From Acidobacteriaceae bacterium (GTDB taxonomy: Bacteria > Acidobacteriota > Terriglobia > Terriglobales > Acidobacteriaceae), in NCBI GenBank assembly GCA_027365415.1, contig DAHXNK010000001.1:6142-70141 (forward strand): 64,000 nucleotides of DNA. Direction: 5' to 3'. The notes below the pieces were generated by a model. That model was not told the origin of the DNA. It saw nothing but the letters and a program-made list of their open reading frames with translations, and made no database searches. This document shows positions 1-8,566 of this stretch, one piece after another. The translations under genes and the position numbers were made by a program. Every line of letters begins with the position of its first letter. The stretch's first letter is position 1.

Positions 1-2
1 AT

Positions 3-878
3 GAAGACCCCCACGCGCATGTGCGGACGGAGTTTGCCTTTGATATCGACCAGTTAAGCCATCAGCGTTTTGCGCCTGCAAACTACCTGGAGCGTGTTGG
101 ATTGCAGGTTCCGCGCAAGCTGCTGGAACGCGCTTTTTTTGAGACGTATGGATTGACGCTGCGCTCCCAGCTCGGCCACGAAGCGCCCGCGATTCATAGT
201 TACCGCTCCTCGGTGCGACACTTCATCCCCCGGATTGCGTATGCGGAGGCGTTGATCCATAAAAATGATTTTCCTGCGGACAGCACCGGGCCGGAGTTTC
301 AGAAATACCAAGCCCGGCTGGCAAAGGCCGATACCGCGAGTGGCTGGAGCAAATATCGTCACAAGCCGGGCGTAGGCACGCATCTGATGGCCTTTGCCAT
401 TCGGATTACGCCAAAGATAGGCGTGTTTTCCATCCTTGCCATTCGCGGCCCAACTGCGGAAACTGAGGGTAAGTACGTGACCAGCCTCAACAATACCGAT
501 GATGCCTTCGATCAGATCCTAGGGCAACTTCGGATGCAGCCGCACAACCTGCTGCACTTGCCGAATCTCGATCTCGATACGGGTTCTGCGATTCAACCAG
601 GAACCTACCGCTTGACGGATGCAACGTATGCAAAGCTGCTGCATCGAATTACAACAAAGCCCACCCGGCTGGTTCCTGCTGGATTGAAGCGGAATCTGCT
701 GGATTTTTACTCCGATCCGAACGCGCCGATCGCAACCAGGAAAAATGCGCGGGCCTGGAGGAGTGTGCAGCGGGATCTGCCAATCCTGCAAGGCATGCAA
801 ACCGTAACGCGGCGCCAAGCGAAGCAGATTGCGGACGGGATAACGAGCGGAAACGAAGAAACGGATATTCTGAAATAG
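3..878 (+). CDS. hypothetical protein, 5' end cut by the window edge
   Basis: Frame 3 is open from nt 3 to TAG 876-878, so the GTG at 21 in the track is internal. The stop is directly followed by the ATG of the next gene (TAGATG). No motif I can name. Confidence 0.5.
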   Translation, partial: EDPHAHVRTEFAFDIDQLSHQRFAPANYLERVGLQVPRKLLERAFFETYGLTLRSQLGHEAPAIHSYRSSVRHFIPRIAYAEALIHKNDFPADSTGPEFQKYQARLAKADTASGWSKYRHKPGVGTHLMAFAIRITPKIGVFSILAIRGPTAETEGKYVTSLNNTDDAFDQILGQLRMQPHNLLHLPNLDLDTGSAIQPGTYRLTDATYAKLLHRITTKPTRLVPAGLKRNLLDFYSDPNAPIATRKNARAWRSVQRDLPILQGMQTVTRRQAKQIADGITSGNEETDILK

Positions 879-2183
879 ATGCTACGCGACTTATATGCAA
901 AATGGATGTTTGACTGGGAGACGCGTCTGACCACGCGCGACACCAATCGTCGGATTCGCCCGCTGGAGTGGGGTTTCGACTGGCTTGCCGACTGGATCGA
1001 TTCCCTGCCCGATGCGCGACGTGTGCCTATGCAACAGGACATGGCCTCCAAGGATCCGGCGCGCATGGAAGCGGCGATGCTGGCGGTGAATGACAGCATC
1101 CTCGCCTACAGTGACCGTTTCTACGGCTACAATCCACCCACGGATTTTCGTCTGGAGGAGCGGTATCCGCAGTTGTTTCCCACGAATGTGCGCCCGGAGA
1201 CGCTGCGCGAGGATGCGCGACTGAAGCGTCTGGCGGCGGAAGGTCGCCTGCCTCCCGCGCAATTTTTGCGCTTCACCTCGCCGATACGGACACCCTACCC
1301 GGAGAATAATCGGGTGAACGCGCGCTGGTATCCCGCGCCAGCAGAAAAACAGGCGGGCAAGCCCAAGCAGGCCATGATCGTGTTGCCGCAGTGGAATGCC
1401 GATGCCTTCAGCCACAATGATTTATGCAGCATCTTCAACCACTTTGGCATCTCCGCGCTGCGACTCAGCAATCCGTTTCACGACATTCGCCGCCCGGCGG
1501 AACTGGAGCGCTCCGACTACGCCGTCAGCGCTAACATTGGCCGCACCATTGCCACCAACCGCCAGGCGGTGGTGGACATTCGCAGTTGCCTAGACTGGCT
1601 GGAAACGCAGGGCTATGAGCAATTTGGCATTCTGGGCACCAGTCTTGGCTCCTGTTACGCATTTATTGCCAGCGCGCACGATCCGCGCCTGCGCGTGCAT
1701 GTCTTCAACCACGCCGCCACATGGTTTGGCGATGTCGCCTGGACCGGGCAGAGTACGCGCCACCTTCACACCGCCTTTGAGCAAGCCGGATTAACGCAGG
1801 CTCGCCTGCGCGCCTTGTGGTCGGGAATTAGCCCAATGGTCTATATGGATTTGTTTGCCGGAATCGCGCCGATTCGTCAACAAGGGGGCGATGCTCCGGC
1901 GGCATGGCCGCGCAAGCGGTCGCGTATGATTTATGCGCCGTATGATCTGACTTTTCTGCCGGAGTTCTCCTTGCAGGTCATCGAGCAATTTAAGCAGCAT
2001 GGCCTGGACTTCGACGTAAAAGTCCTGCCCTGCGGCCACTACACTACGGGGGAATTTCCGTTTAAGTACATCGACGGCTGGTACATGGGATCGTTTGTAT
2101 ATGCGGCCTTCAAAAGGCTGGCGAAAGAAGGCTGCGGAAGCACATCGCCGCCGCAAATGGAATGCGTTGCGCTATCGGCGTAA
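879..2183 (+). CDS. alpha/beta-fold serine hydrolase family protein
   Basis: 434-aa ORF with a nucleophile-elbow G-x-S-x-G ('ILGTSLGSCYAF') and a C-terminal His ('LPCGHYTTGEF'). Abuts the upstream ORF. Confidence 0.7.
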   Translation: MLRDLYAKWMFDWETRLTTRDTNRRIRPLEWGFDWLADWIDSLPDARRVPMQQDMASKDPARMEAAMLAVNDSILAYSDRFYGYNPPTDFRLEERYPQLFPTNVRPETLREDARLKRLAAEGRLPPAQFLRFTSPIRTPYPENNRVNARWYPAPAEKQAGKPKQAMIVLPQWNADAFSHNDLCSIFNHFGISALRLSNPFHDIRRPAELERSDYAVSANIGRTIATNRQAVVDIRSCLDWLETQGYEQFGILGTSLGSCYAFIASAHDPRLRVHVFNHAATWFGDVAWTGQSTRHLHTAFEQAGLTQARLRALWSGISPMVYMDLFAGIAPIRQQGGDAPAAWPRKRSRMIYAPYDLTFLPEFSLQVIEQFKQHGLDFDVKVLPCGHYTTGEFPFKYIDGWYMGSFVYAAFKRLAKEGCGSTSPPQMECVALSA

Positions 2184-2188
2184 CAGGA

Positions 2189-2355
2189 AGGGACGGCATC
2201 GCGACGTGATCGACATTCTGGCCTCCCGCGTGGTGGATCGCGCGGACAAGCCCACTGATGTGGCGTACAAGCTGCGCAGCCCAGACAATTTTCGCAGCAA
2301 CAGCCGGGAGTTGGAGATCGAAATTCTCGGCCTGCGCCCGACGAAGATGGAATAG
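2189..2355 (+). pseudogene. recJ: recJ relic: two fragments of the recJ 3' half fused in frame, with no start codon
   Basis: Hand alignment: 2189-2253 matches the reverse complement of 38546-38610 at 58/65. 2257-2381 matches the reverse complement of 37926-38050 at 116/125. The peptide RHRDVIDILASRVVDRADKP..DVAYKLRSPDNFRSNSRELEIEILGLRPTKME* parallels RecJ WHRGVIGILASRVVDRVGKP and its C-terminus. The 495 nt between the two blocks in recJ are absent. Confidence 0.85.
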
Positions 2356-2390
2356 ACGGCAGAGATGCAACCAGCATTCTCTGACCCTGC

Positions 2391-2431
2391 CCATTCAAGC
2401 CTGCTTTTGGCTTGAGTGGACGGGCCTTTTT
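2391..2431 (+). terminator. REP-type hairpin followed by a T-tract (putative terminator after the hydrolase gene and recJ relic)
   Basis: ccattcaagcc-tgctttt-ggcttgagtgg is an 11-bp stem with one G:U pair. It is followed 7 nt later by TTTTTTATT. The same element occurs at 37884-37916. Confidence 0.5.
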
Positions 2432-2435
2432 TATT

Positions 2436-2493
2436 CCCAGGTCTCAAAAGCGAGACCCTTCGACAAACTCAGGGCAGGCTCTGGGGCACCCGG
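2436..2493. repeat. REP-like intergenic element (core ggtctc-aaaagc-gagacc ... ggggcacccgg)
   Basis: 6-bp perfect stem at 2440-2457 plus a conserved tail 'ctggggcacccgg'. A related copy lies at 12133-12166 (gtcgcaaaagcgagacacggggcacccgg). Confidence 0.6.
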
Positions 2494-2498
2494 CACGA

Positions 2499-2930
2499 TC
2501 ACTCTACAGGCGCGTTGGGTGCGATTTCCCAGACTTTGAATCTTTCATATAGTTCGACTCTAATTCGTTCCTTCGGTGAGAGGTCGGGGGTAAGAAGGGC
2601 AGGGGTGTCAAGCCCAAAGATGTCGGTATGCGCTCGATTATCTGGCAACCCCTCAACATTTTGGGTAGGCGAATGGATTACTGTCAATCCTCTGACTTCT
2701 CGAACCTGTCCAGCAATCATTTTTAGAACAGCAAACCGTTCTGGTCTGCCCTGCCTTGCGCGGGTCTCAGCAGCGGTGCTGTACTTTCCCCAATCGGTGG
2801 ACATTGACCCTTTGTTCTCGCTGAAAATTCCTGTTGGCGGCCGTAAATGATTAGGCCCCAGCCATCCTACTGGAACCCTATAAAACAGCGCGTCAGCATC
2901 AGGAATTTCTTCTACTGGCCAATCGTTCAT
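2499..2930 (-). CDS. orphan protein C of the three-gene cassette (143 aa from ATG 2930; 149 aa if TTG 2948 is used)
   Basis: ATG 2930-2928 overlaps the TGA of the upstream ORF by 1 nt (TGATG). G+C is low relative to the flanks. No recognisable domain. Contains the string 'GLPDNRAHTDIFG'. Confidence 0.65.
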   Translation of the reverse strand: MNDWPVEEIPDADALFYRVPVGWLGPNHLRPPTGIFSENKGSMSTDWGKYSTAAETRARQGRPERFAVLKMIAGQVREVRGLTVIHSPTQNVEGLPDNRAHTDIFGLDTPALLTPDLSPKERIRVELYERFKVWEIAPNAPVE

Positions 2931-3487
2931 CAATTGTTCACCAGCCAAGAAACGAGTTCAGCCCCGGCTTCAGAGGGTTCAAACCTTCCTGATATCTCGC
3001 TCTTGGCTTTCTTTCCGTAGTAATTTGCGATGTCTTCCGCTGCTGGGAAGTTGATTAGCAGCATTCGGCCGCCCTTCTCCCAGAAGAGGTCAATACTACC
3101 GTGGTCTGCTGGTCCAATTTTTGGTATTCCCATGCCCACTACGTTTGCCTTATGCGCATGGAGCATGAGTCTTCGGAGAAATCCTGTAGCGCGATCCAGC
3201 GTTTCTTTCGAGTAAGGCTCGAAATCTTCTACTTCCATGTCGTTTTCGATATTCAACACGAAATCTGCCGCCGCAATTTCCGTCTCCATTGCGCGCCGTT
3301 CTTCTTCAATTGCAGCCGCCGGAGACGTTAATGTGGTGGAATACGACTTAACCTCTTCATTTAATTCAGGACTTGTGAAACCCAACTGCTCGTTTTTACG
3401 AGTACGAGTACGAACCTCATACGGGGGCCTGAATTTTCGATGGTTTGAATAACTATCCAACGATCTTGTAAACACGCTGTGTGCCAT
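2930..3487 (-). CDS. orphan protein B of the three-gene cassette (185 aa)
   Basis: ATG 3487 is preceded by AGGAG in the 11-nt gap after the stop of ORF A. The N-terminal third is basic and low-complexity; the C-terminal part looks globular. No motif recognised. Confidence 0.65.
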   Translation of the reverse strand: MAHSVFTRSLDSYSNHRKFRPPYEVRTRTRKNEQLGFTSPELNEEVKSYSTTLTSPAAAIEEERRAMETEIAAADFVLNIENDMEVEDFEPYSKETLDRATGFLRRLMLHAHKANVVGMGIPKIGPADHGSIDLFWEKGGRMLLINFPAAEDIANYYGKKAKSEISGRFEPSEAGAELVSWLVNN

Positions 3488-3498
3488 GTGGATGTCTC

Positions 3499-4188
3499 CT
3501 ATTTTTCAGCAGCAGGTGTCAAGATAGGTGTATTGGAACTATCGGCGAATTCCCTGAGCGCTTTCTCTTTCTTTATGGCCCGAGCGATCACATCACCTGC
3601 TGATACAAGGTCTTCTGTGTCCAGCGCGAAATAGATCGTGTCAGTCTTGCCGTTGTGAGATGCACGAATTGCAAGCTGATGAACTATGACCCCGGCAGCG
3701 ACCTTCAAATCGTCTCCCGAACAGATCGGCCTTAGGTCTGTAATTACCTTCGCTGAACGAAAAGTCCTATCATTTGCTCGCAATAGGATGTTTCCCTTTG
3801 CGATCAGTTCCAAGCACTTTGATTTCGATAGTCTCGCAAGCCTGCCTCTCAGAATCTCCTCGTCTGAGTCTGAGAGTTCGACGACACGGTCGCTTTTAAT
3901 CTCTTCCACTACGGCCTGTACGATCACGTCAGTGTCAACCTGCCATGAATAGCCCGTTCCAGCGAGGCTAACGAGCGAGCTAACAATGTTGTCTAAGTCT
4001 GAAACTTCAGCTAAATCAGGCTCTTTGCGCAGATGCGAAATCAATGCCTGTCTGTCCAGGGTCGGCATTGCTTCACTGAGCGCGCGTTCCAAGCCAGCAA
4101 GGGCCGGGTCTGTCAGCTTTAACAGGCTAGCAAGGGTGCCCTGCTCATCGGCAGGTATTTCGATTGAGTTGATTCGAGTCGTAGTCAT
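3499..4188 (-). CDS. orphan protein A of the three-gene cassette (229 aa)
   Basis: First ORF of the cassette, with ATG at 4188-4186. The upstream leader (4189-4290) is AT-rich. No motif recognised. Confidence 0.65.
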   Translation of the reverse strand: MTTTRINSIEIPADEQGTLASLLKLTDPALAGLERALSEAMPTLDRQALISHLRKEPDLAEVSDLDNIVSSLVSLAGTGYSWQVDTDVIVQAVVEEIKSDRVVELSDSDEEILRGRLARLSKSKCLELIAKGNILLRANDRTFRSAKVITDLRPICSGDDLKVAAGVIVHQLAIRASHNGKTDTIYFALDTEDLVSAGDVIARAIKKEKALREFADSSNTPILTPAAEK

Positions 4189-4291
4189 CTTAGTGGTAGC
4201 GCTTAAAAACAGTTCAATACAACATCAATAATAATAAATTCTGAACTTCGATATCCAGCCGTCCTGCTGATTCATACTCTATCAGGCTGAG

Positions 4292-4325
4292 ACAGGCGGG
4301 TGCCAAACACTAAGCTCCCGCCTGT
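4292..4325 (-). terminator. stem-loop just downstream of recA (9-bp stem, no U-tract)
   Basis: acaggcggg (4292-4300) pairs with cccgcctgt (4317-4325) around a 16-nt loop. It starts 8 nt after the recA stop. On the minus strand it is not followed by a T run. Confidence 0.45.
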
Positions 4326-4333
4326 AATTTCAT

Positions 4334-5422
4334 TTACTTCTTTCCGGCTTTGACGACCTCTTGGGCGGTTGCGGCTCCGTTGGTTGGCACCGCTGGAATC
4401 TCCGCCACGTCGCCCTTGTTGGCGATGCCGAGCTTCTGGCGCAACTGACTTTCGACGCGGGCAAAGGTCTCCTTGTTGTCCTTGAAGTGCTGGCGCACAT
4501 TCTCGCGGCCTTGACCAATCCGCTCGCCGCTAAAGCTGTACCACGCGCCGGACTTTTCGACGATATTGTGCAGCACGGCCAGGTCGAGTACGTCGCCCTC
4601 GCGGGAGATGCCCTCGCCGTAGAGAATGTCAAACTCCGCCTCGCGGAAGGGCGCAGCCACCTTATTCTTGACGATCTTGACCTTGGTGCGCGAGCCAACG
4701 ATAACATCGCCCTCCTTGACCGCCCCGATGCGGCGAATGTCCACGCGCACGGAGGAATAAAACTTGAGCGCGCGACCGCCCGTGGTGGTTTCGGGATTGC
4801 CGAACATCACGCCAATCTTTTCGCGAATCTGATTGATAAAGATCAAGCTGGTGCGAGATTTTGAGACCGTTCCCGTCAGCTTACGCAGCGCCTGCGACAT
4901 CAGGCGGGCTTGCAGGCCCATGTGCGAATCGCCCATTTCGCCGTCGAGTTCCGCCTTGGGCACCAGCGCAGCGACCGAATCGACAACCAGCACATCAATC
5001 GCTCCGGAGCGCACCAGCGCTTCGGTAATCTCCAACGCCTGCTCGCCGTAATCGGGCTGCGAGATGAGCAGGTTGTCGATATCGACGCCCAGCTTGCGGG
5101 CGTAGATGGGATCGAGCGCGTGCTCGGCATCAACAAAAGCGGCCAAGCCGCCGGCCTTTTGCGCCTCGGCGATGACTTGCAGCGTAATGGTGGTTTTACC
5201 GGAGGATTCTGGGCCAAAAATCTCAATGACGCGGCCACGGGGCAGGCCGCCGACGCCGAGCGCGGCATCGAAGGAGATCGATCCGGTGGAAATTACCGCA
5301 ATGGGAACGATCGCCTCTTTGCTGCCAAGGCGCATGATCGACCCTTTGCCAAACTGCTTTTCAATCTGAGCCAGCGCCAGTTCTACTGCGCGGGAGCGTT
5401 CTTTATCGTCTGCCATTGTCAA
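4334..5422 (-). CDS. recA: recombinase RecA
   Basis: 362 aa. Walker A 'GPESSGKTT'. Canonical RecA N-terminus '[18 protein letters not shown]' and L1/L2 regions. Confidence 0.98.
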   Translation of the reverse strand: MTMADDKERSRAVELALAQIEKQFGKGSIMRLGSKEAIVPIAVISTGSISFDAALGVGGLPRGRVIEIFGPESSGKTTITLQVIAEAQKAGGLAAFVDAEHALDPIYARKLGVDIDNLLISQPDYGEQALEITEALVRSGAIDVLVVDSVAALVPKAELDGEMGDSHMGLQARLMSQALRKLTGTVSKSRTSLIFINQIREKIGVMFGNPETTTGGRALKFYSSVRVDIRRIGAVKEGDVIVGSRTKVKIVKNKVAAPFREAEFDILYGEGISREGDVLDLAVLHNIVEKSGAWYSFSGERIGQGRENVRQHFKDNKETFARVESQLRQKLGIANKGDVAEIPAVPTNGAATAQEVVKAGKK

Positions 5423-5664
5423 CTCCAGTCAACCAGTTGCCAGCACGCCGGAGGTGCGCGCGGGGTGGGGGATATGCTGCATACGTTGCGGAATTTCCAA
5501 GATGCTTCAGGCCGGATTCTACCATCCGGCGCAGTTGCATGGTGAAGACCCGCCCTCTTCTGCCGATACAGAGGTTTGGCAGTGTTGTATCACAATCACT
5601 GCGGGGACTGGAATCTGAATGTGTTGATTTCTGCAATCGAGCTGAAAATGGGAGCCTACACGCT

Positions 5665-7386
5665 ATGTCGCACTGGACGTTAAGTCGAAAAATTTTGTTG
5701 ATCTGCCTGCTGTTGGTGGCGCTCAATGCCACCATTGGCATCGCATCCTACCTGAGCACGCGACACACGCAGCAGGCCATTGGCGTGTTGGTGCATGATT
5801 CACTGCCGGGCCTGTATATGGCCGGGCAGATGCAATCCATCTCCAAGGATCAGAGCAATGCCATGCAACTGCACATCGACGTGGTAGATCCCGACGAGAT
5901 GGCGGATCAGGAGAACTTAATCGCCCAGGACAATGCCAGCATTATGCAACTGCGCGAGCAGTATCAGAAGCTGATCCCCGCAGATGCAAACACTCTGATA
6001 CAACTGGCTCTAAAACAGCAAGATCTGATGGCCGCGTGGAAGCAGACTCGCGCTCTAAGCGAGGCGGGCCGCAAGCTGGATGCGTGGGACATGTACAAAG
6101 CGCGCGTGCTGCCGATTGTCGGACAGCGCGAGGTTCTGGAGAGTACCTTGGCCAGCAGCAGTCGTCTGCGCGGCGAACGCTGGGCGCAGGATGCGCTGCG
6201 TGCCGTCCATTTCAGCCAGCGCCTGCTTATCCTGATCCTGGCCTTGATGTGTATCGCCGGGTTGGGAGTCTCCTTCTGGTTTGCATACTCCATCCGGCGC
6301 AGCCTACATCCGCTGGAGTACGCCATGGAGCGACTCGGCGAGGGCGACCTGTCGCATCGCGTCAAGATCACCAGCTCTGACGATTTGGGGCAGATGGGGA
6401 AAATCCTGAATCACTCCCTAGCGCGGATTGCACAGACTTTGTCCAGCGTTATCCACAGTTCGCGGCAGGTGCTGGAAAGCGCCGAAGGCATCGCCGCCAT
6501 CGCGCAGCAATCGGCCACCAGCACGGAGACGCAGAAGCACCAGACCGCGCAAATGGCCGCCACCATGCAGGAGATGGCTGCCACCATTCGCGAGATTCGC
6601 GACAGCTCCCACCGCGCCGCCGAGCGCACGCTGGAAGCAGGCGAAGTGGCTCGCAATGGCGGCCTCATCGTAGACGAGGCGATTCATGTAATCCGCTCCG
6701 TTGCTGAATATGCGCATGAAGCCGGAGACAAGCTCTCCAGCCTGAATGAGCGCTCCGGCCAGATCGGCCACATTACCAGCATGATTGAGGAGATCGCCAC
6801 GCAGACGAATTTGTTGGCGCTAAACGCGGCCATCGAAGCGGCGCGAGCAGGCGAACATGGCCGGGGATTTGCGGTGGTCGCCGCAGAGGTACGCAAGTTA
6901 GCCGAGCGCACCGCGCAGGCCACCAGAGAGATCGAGACGATGGTACAGGCCATTCAACAGGAGACGCGTATGGCCGCCACCGCTATGACTTCCAGTGAAG
7001 AAAAAGTGCAGTTGGGCGTGCTGAGCGCGCAGCGGGCGGGCGAATCGCTGATGAAGATCATCACCTCTGCCGAGCAGGTGCAGCACATGGTCAGCCAGAT
7101 TGCCACCGCCGCCACGCAGCAGACCAGCGCCACGGAGGAGATCAATCGCAACATGGATGCCATCGCCAACACTGTGGCCGAAACTGCCGAGGGCGCGCAT
7201 CTCTCTGCCACGGCCTGCCAAAGCCTCAATTCTCTGGCCCTGCAACTGGACCGGATGGTCTCGCAGTTCCGGTTGGAAGAAGCTCCTAGCAATCCTCCAG
7301 AACGCCAGCCCAAGCCTGAGACCGTCGCCACATCGGAACCCAAAGGAGTTTCAGCGCAGCCACGCATCTTTGCTTCCACCGCGTAG
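5665..7386 (+). CDS. methyl-accepting chemotaxis protein
   Basis: Signalling-hairpin motif '[36 protein letters not shown]', a HAMP region and an N-terminal TM helix. I prefer ATG 5665 (GGGAG about 10 nt upstream) over the 5416 ORF start, which overlaps recA. Confidence 0.9.
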   Translation: MSHWTLSRKILLICLLLVALNATIGIASYLSTRHTQQAIGVLVHDSLPGLYMAGQMQSISKDQSNAMQLHIDVVDPDEMADQENLIAQDNASIMQLREQYQKLIPADANTLIQLALKQQDLMAAWKQTRALSEAGRKLDAWDMYKARVLPIVGQREVLESTLASSSRLRGERWAQDALRAVHFSQRLLILILALMCIAGLGVSFWFAYSIRRSLHPLEYAMERLGEGDLSHRVKITSSDDLGQMGKILNHSLARIAQTLSSVIHSSRQVLESAEGIAAIAQQSATSTETQKHQTAQMAATMQEMAATIREIRDSSHRAAERTLEAGEVARNGGLIVDEAIHVIRSVAEYAHEAGDKLSSLNERSGQIGHITSMIEEIATQTNLLALNAAIEAARAGEHGRGFAVVAAEVRKLAERTAQATREIETMVQAIQQETRMAATAMTSSEEKVQLGVLSAQRAGESLMKIITSAEQVQHMVSQIATAATQQTSATEEINRNMDAIANTVAETAEGAHLSATACQSLNSLALQLDRMVSQFRLEEAPSNPPERQPKPETVATSEPKGVSAQPRIFASTA

Positions 7387-7564
7387 GAATCTGTTCTTCC
7401 GCCAATCTCTGAATGCGTCTATGTTTTGAGCGGACACCCCAAAAGTTTTGCCTTGGAGAATATTTTTTCTTGCGCTTGGCTGAATCCGCCGCGTTCGCCA
7501 TCCTTTTTCCCGCCAATGCCGATATAATCAAAGATTCCAGCCATACAGAAGGAGTCGCAACTTC

Positions 7565-8503
7565 ATGCCCATTCAGACGACGAAACATATCTGGCACAAC
7601 GGAAAGCTCATCCCATGGGAGCAGGCCAACATCCATGTCATGTCGCATGTGATCCACTACGGGTCCTCCGTTTTTGAGGGAATCCGCTGTTACCAGACCG
7701 AGATCGGCGCGGCCATCTTCCGCCTGTCGGAGCACATGCAGCGCCTGCTCGATTCCGCCAAGATTTATCGCATGGAGCTGCCCTACACGCTGGAGCAACT
7801 GAATGCCGCCGTGGTCGATCTGGTGGAGGCCAACGGCGTTGCGCCCTGCTACATTCGTCCCATTGCGATTCGCGGCTATGGCGAGATTGGCGTCAGTCCG
7901 ATTGGCAGTCCCATCGAGGTCTACGTCGCCAATTTTCCGTGGGGAAAATATGTTGCGGGCGACGCTGCCGATGTCTGCATCTCGTCGTGGAATCGTTTGG
8001 CGCCGAACACCATGCCGTCGATGGCCAAGGCCGGCGCGAACTACATGAATTCGCAGTTGATTCGCATGGAAGCCGCTGCCAATGGCTACTCCGAGGGCAT
8101 TGCGCTCGACGTGAACGGCTACTTGTCAGAAGGCTCCGGCGAGAATCTCTTTATTGTGCGCGGCGGCATTCTGTACACCACGCCGCTGGCCGATTCGATT
8201 CTGTCGGGCATCACGCGGGACTCGGTGATTACGCTGGCCAGAGAGATGGGTTACACCATCGTCGAGCAATCGCTGCCACGCGAGATGATCTACATTGCCG
8301 ACGAGGTCTTCTTTACCGGGACGGCGGCAGAGGTCACTCCCATCCGCTCAGTGGATCGCATTCTGGTCAAGGACGGACAGGTTGGGCCAATTACCAAACA
8401 ACTGGCGACGGAGTTTTTCGGCATCACGTCCGGCAAGCGCCCTGACCGCTTTGGCTGGCTGACCCCGGTCAAGGTCAAGGCCACGGAGACCATCCCAGCG
8501 TAG
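7565..8503 (+). CDS. ilvE: branched-chain amino acid aminotransferase
   Basis: Class IV aminotransferase signatures 'HYGSSVFEGIRCY' and 'EGSGENLF'. GAAGGAG lies 9 nt upstream of the ATG. Confidence 0.93.
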   Translation: MPIQTTKHIWHNGKLIPWEQANIHVMSHVIHYGSSVFEGIRCYQTEIGAAIFRLSEHMQRLLDSAKIYRMELPYTLEQLNAAVVDLVEANGVAPCYIRPIAIRGYGEIGVSPIGSPIEVYVANFPWGKYVAGDAADVCISSWNRLAPNTMPSMAKAGANYMNSQLIRMEAAANGYSEGIALDVNGYLSEGSGENLFIVRGGILYTTPLADSILSGITRDSVITLAREMGYTIVEQSLPREMIYIADEVFFTGTAAEVTPIRSVDRILVKDGQVGPITKQLATEFFGITSGKRPDRFGWLTPVKVKATETIPA

Positions 8504-8566
8504 CGGTGTTGGATCGCCACGTTGCCGCTCCGCTGCTACGGCGAATCCATCGAAGTATAGGAACCT

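Noticed and set aside
2095-2355. 86-aa ORF that could be read as a small functional gene after the hydrolase
   Set aside because: Its 3' two-thirds is the recJ relic and its 5' part overlaps the hydrolase gene in another frame. It has no independent start context and is treated as a pseudogene fragment.
5416-5664. N-terminal extensions given by the ORF track for the MCP (5416), RNase J (21317), PhoU (24077), the YXWGXW protein (23996), FolD (58915), RecJ (39877), Csp (47324) and the zinc-ribbon protein (62555)
   Set aside because: The extensions overlap neighbouring genes or divergent promoter regions and encode Arg/Cys-rich junk. In each case an internal start reproduces the canonical family N-terminus, often with an SD or a stop/start overlap.
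5423-5664. Possible LexA/SOS box in the recA upstream region
   Set aside because: I found no convincing palindrome or GTTC-type direct repeat in the 240-nt recA-MCP spacer, and I do not reliably know the LexA motif for this phylum. I cannot support a call.
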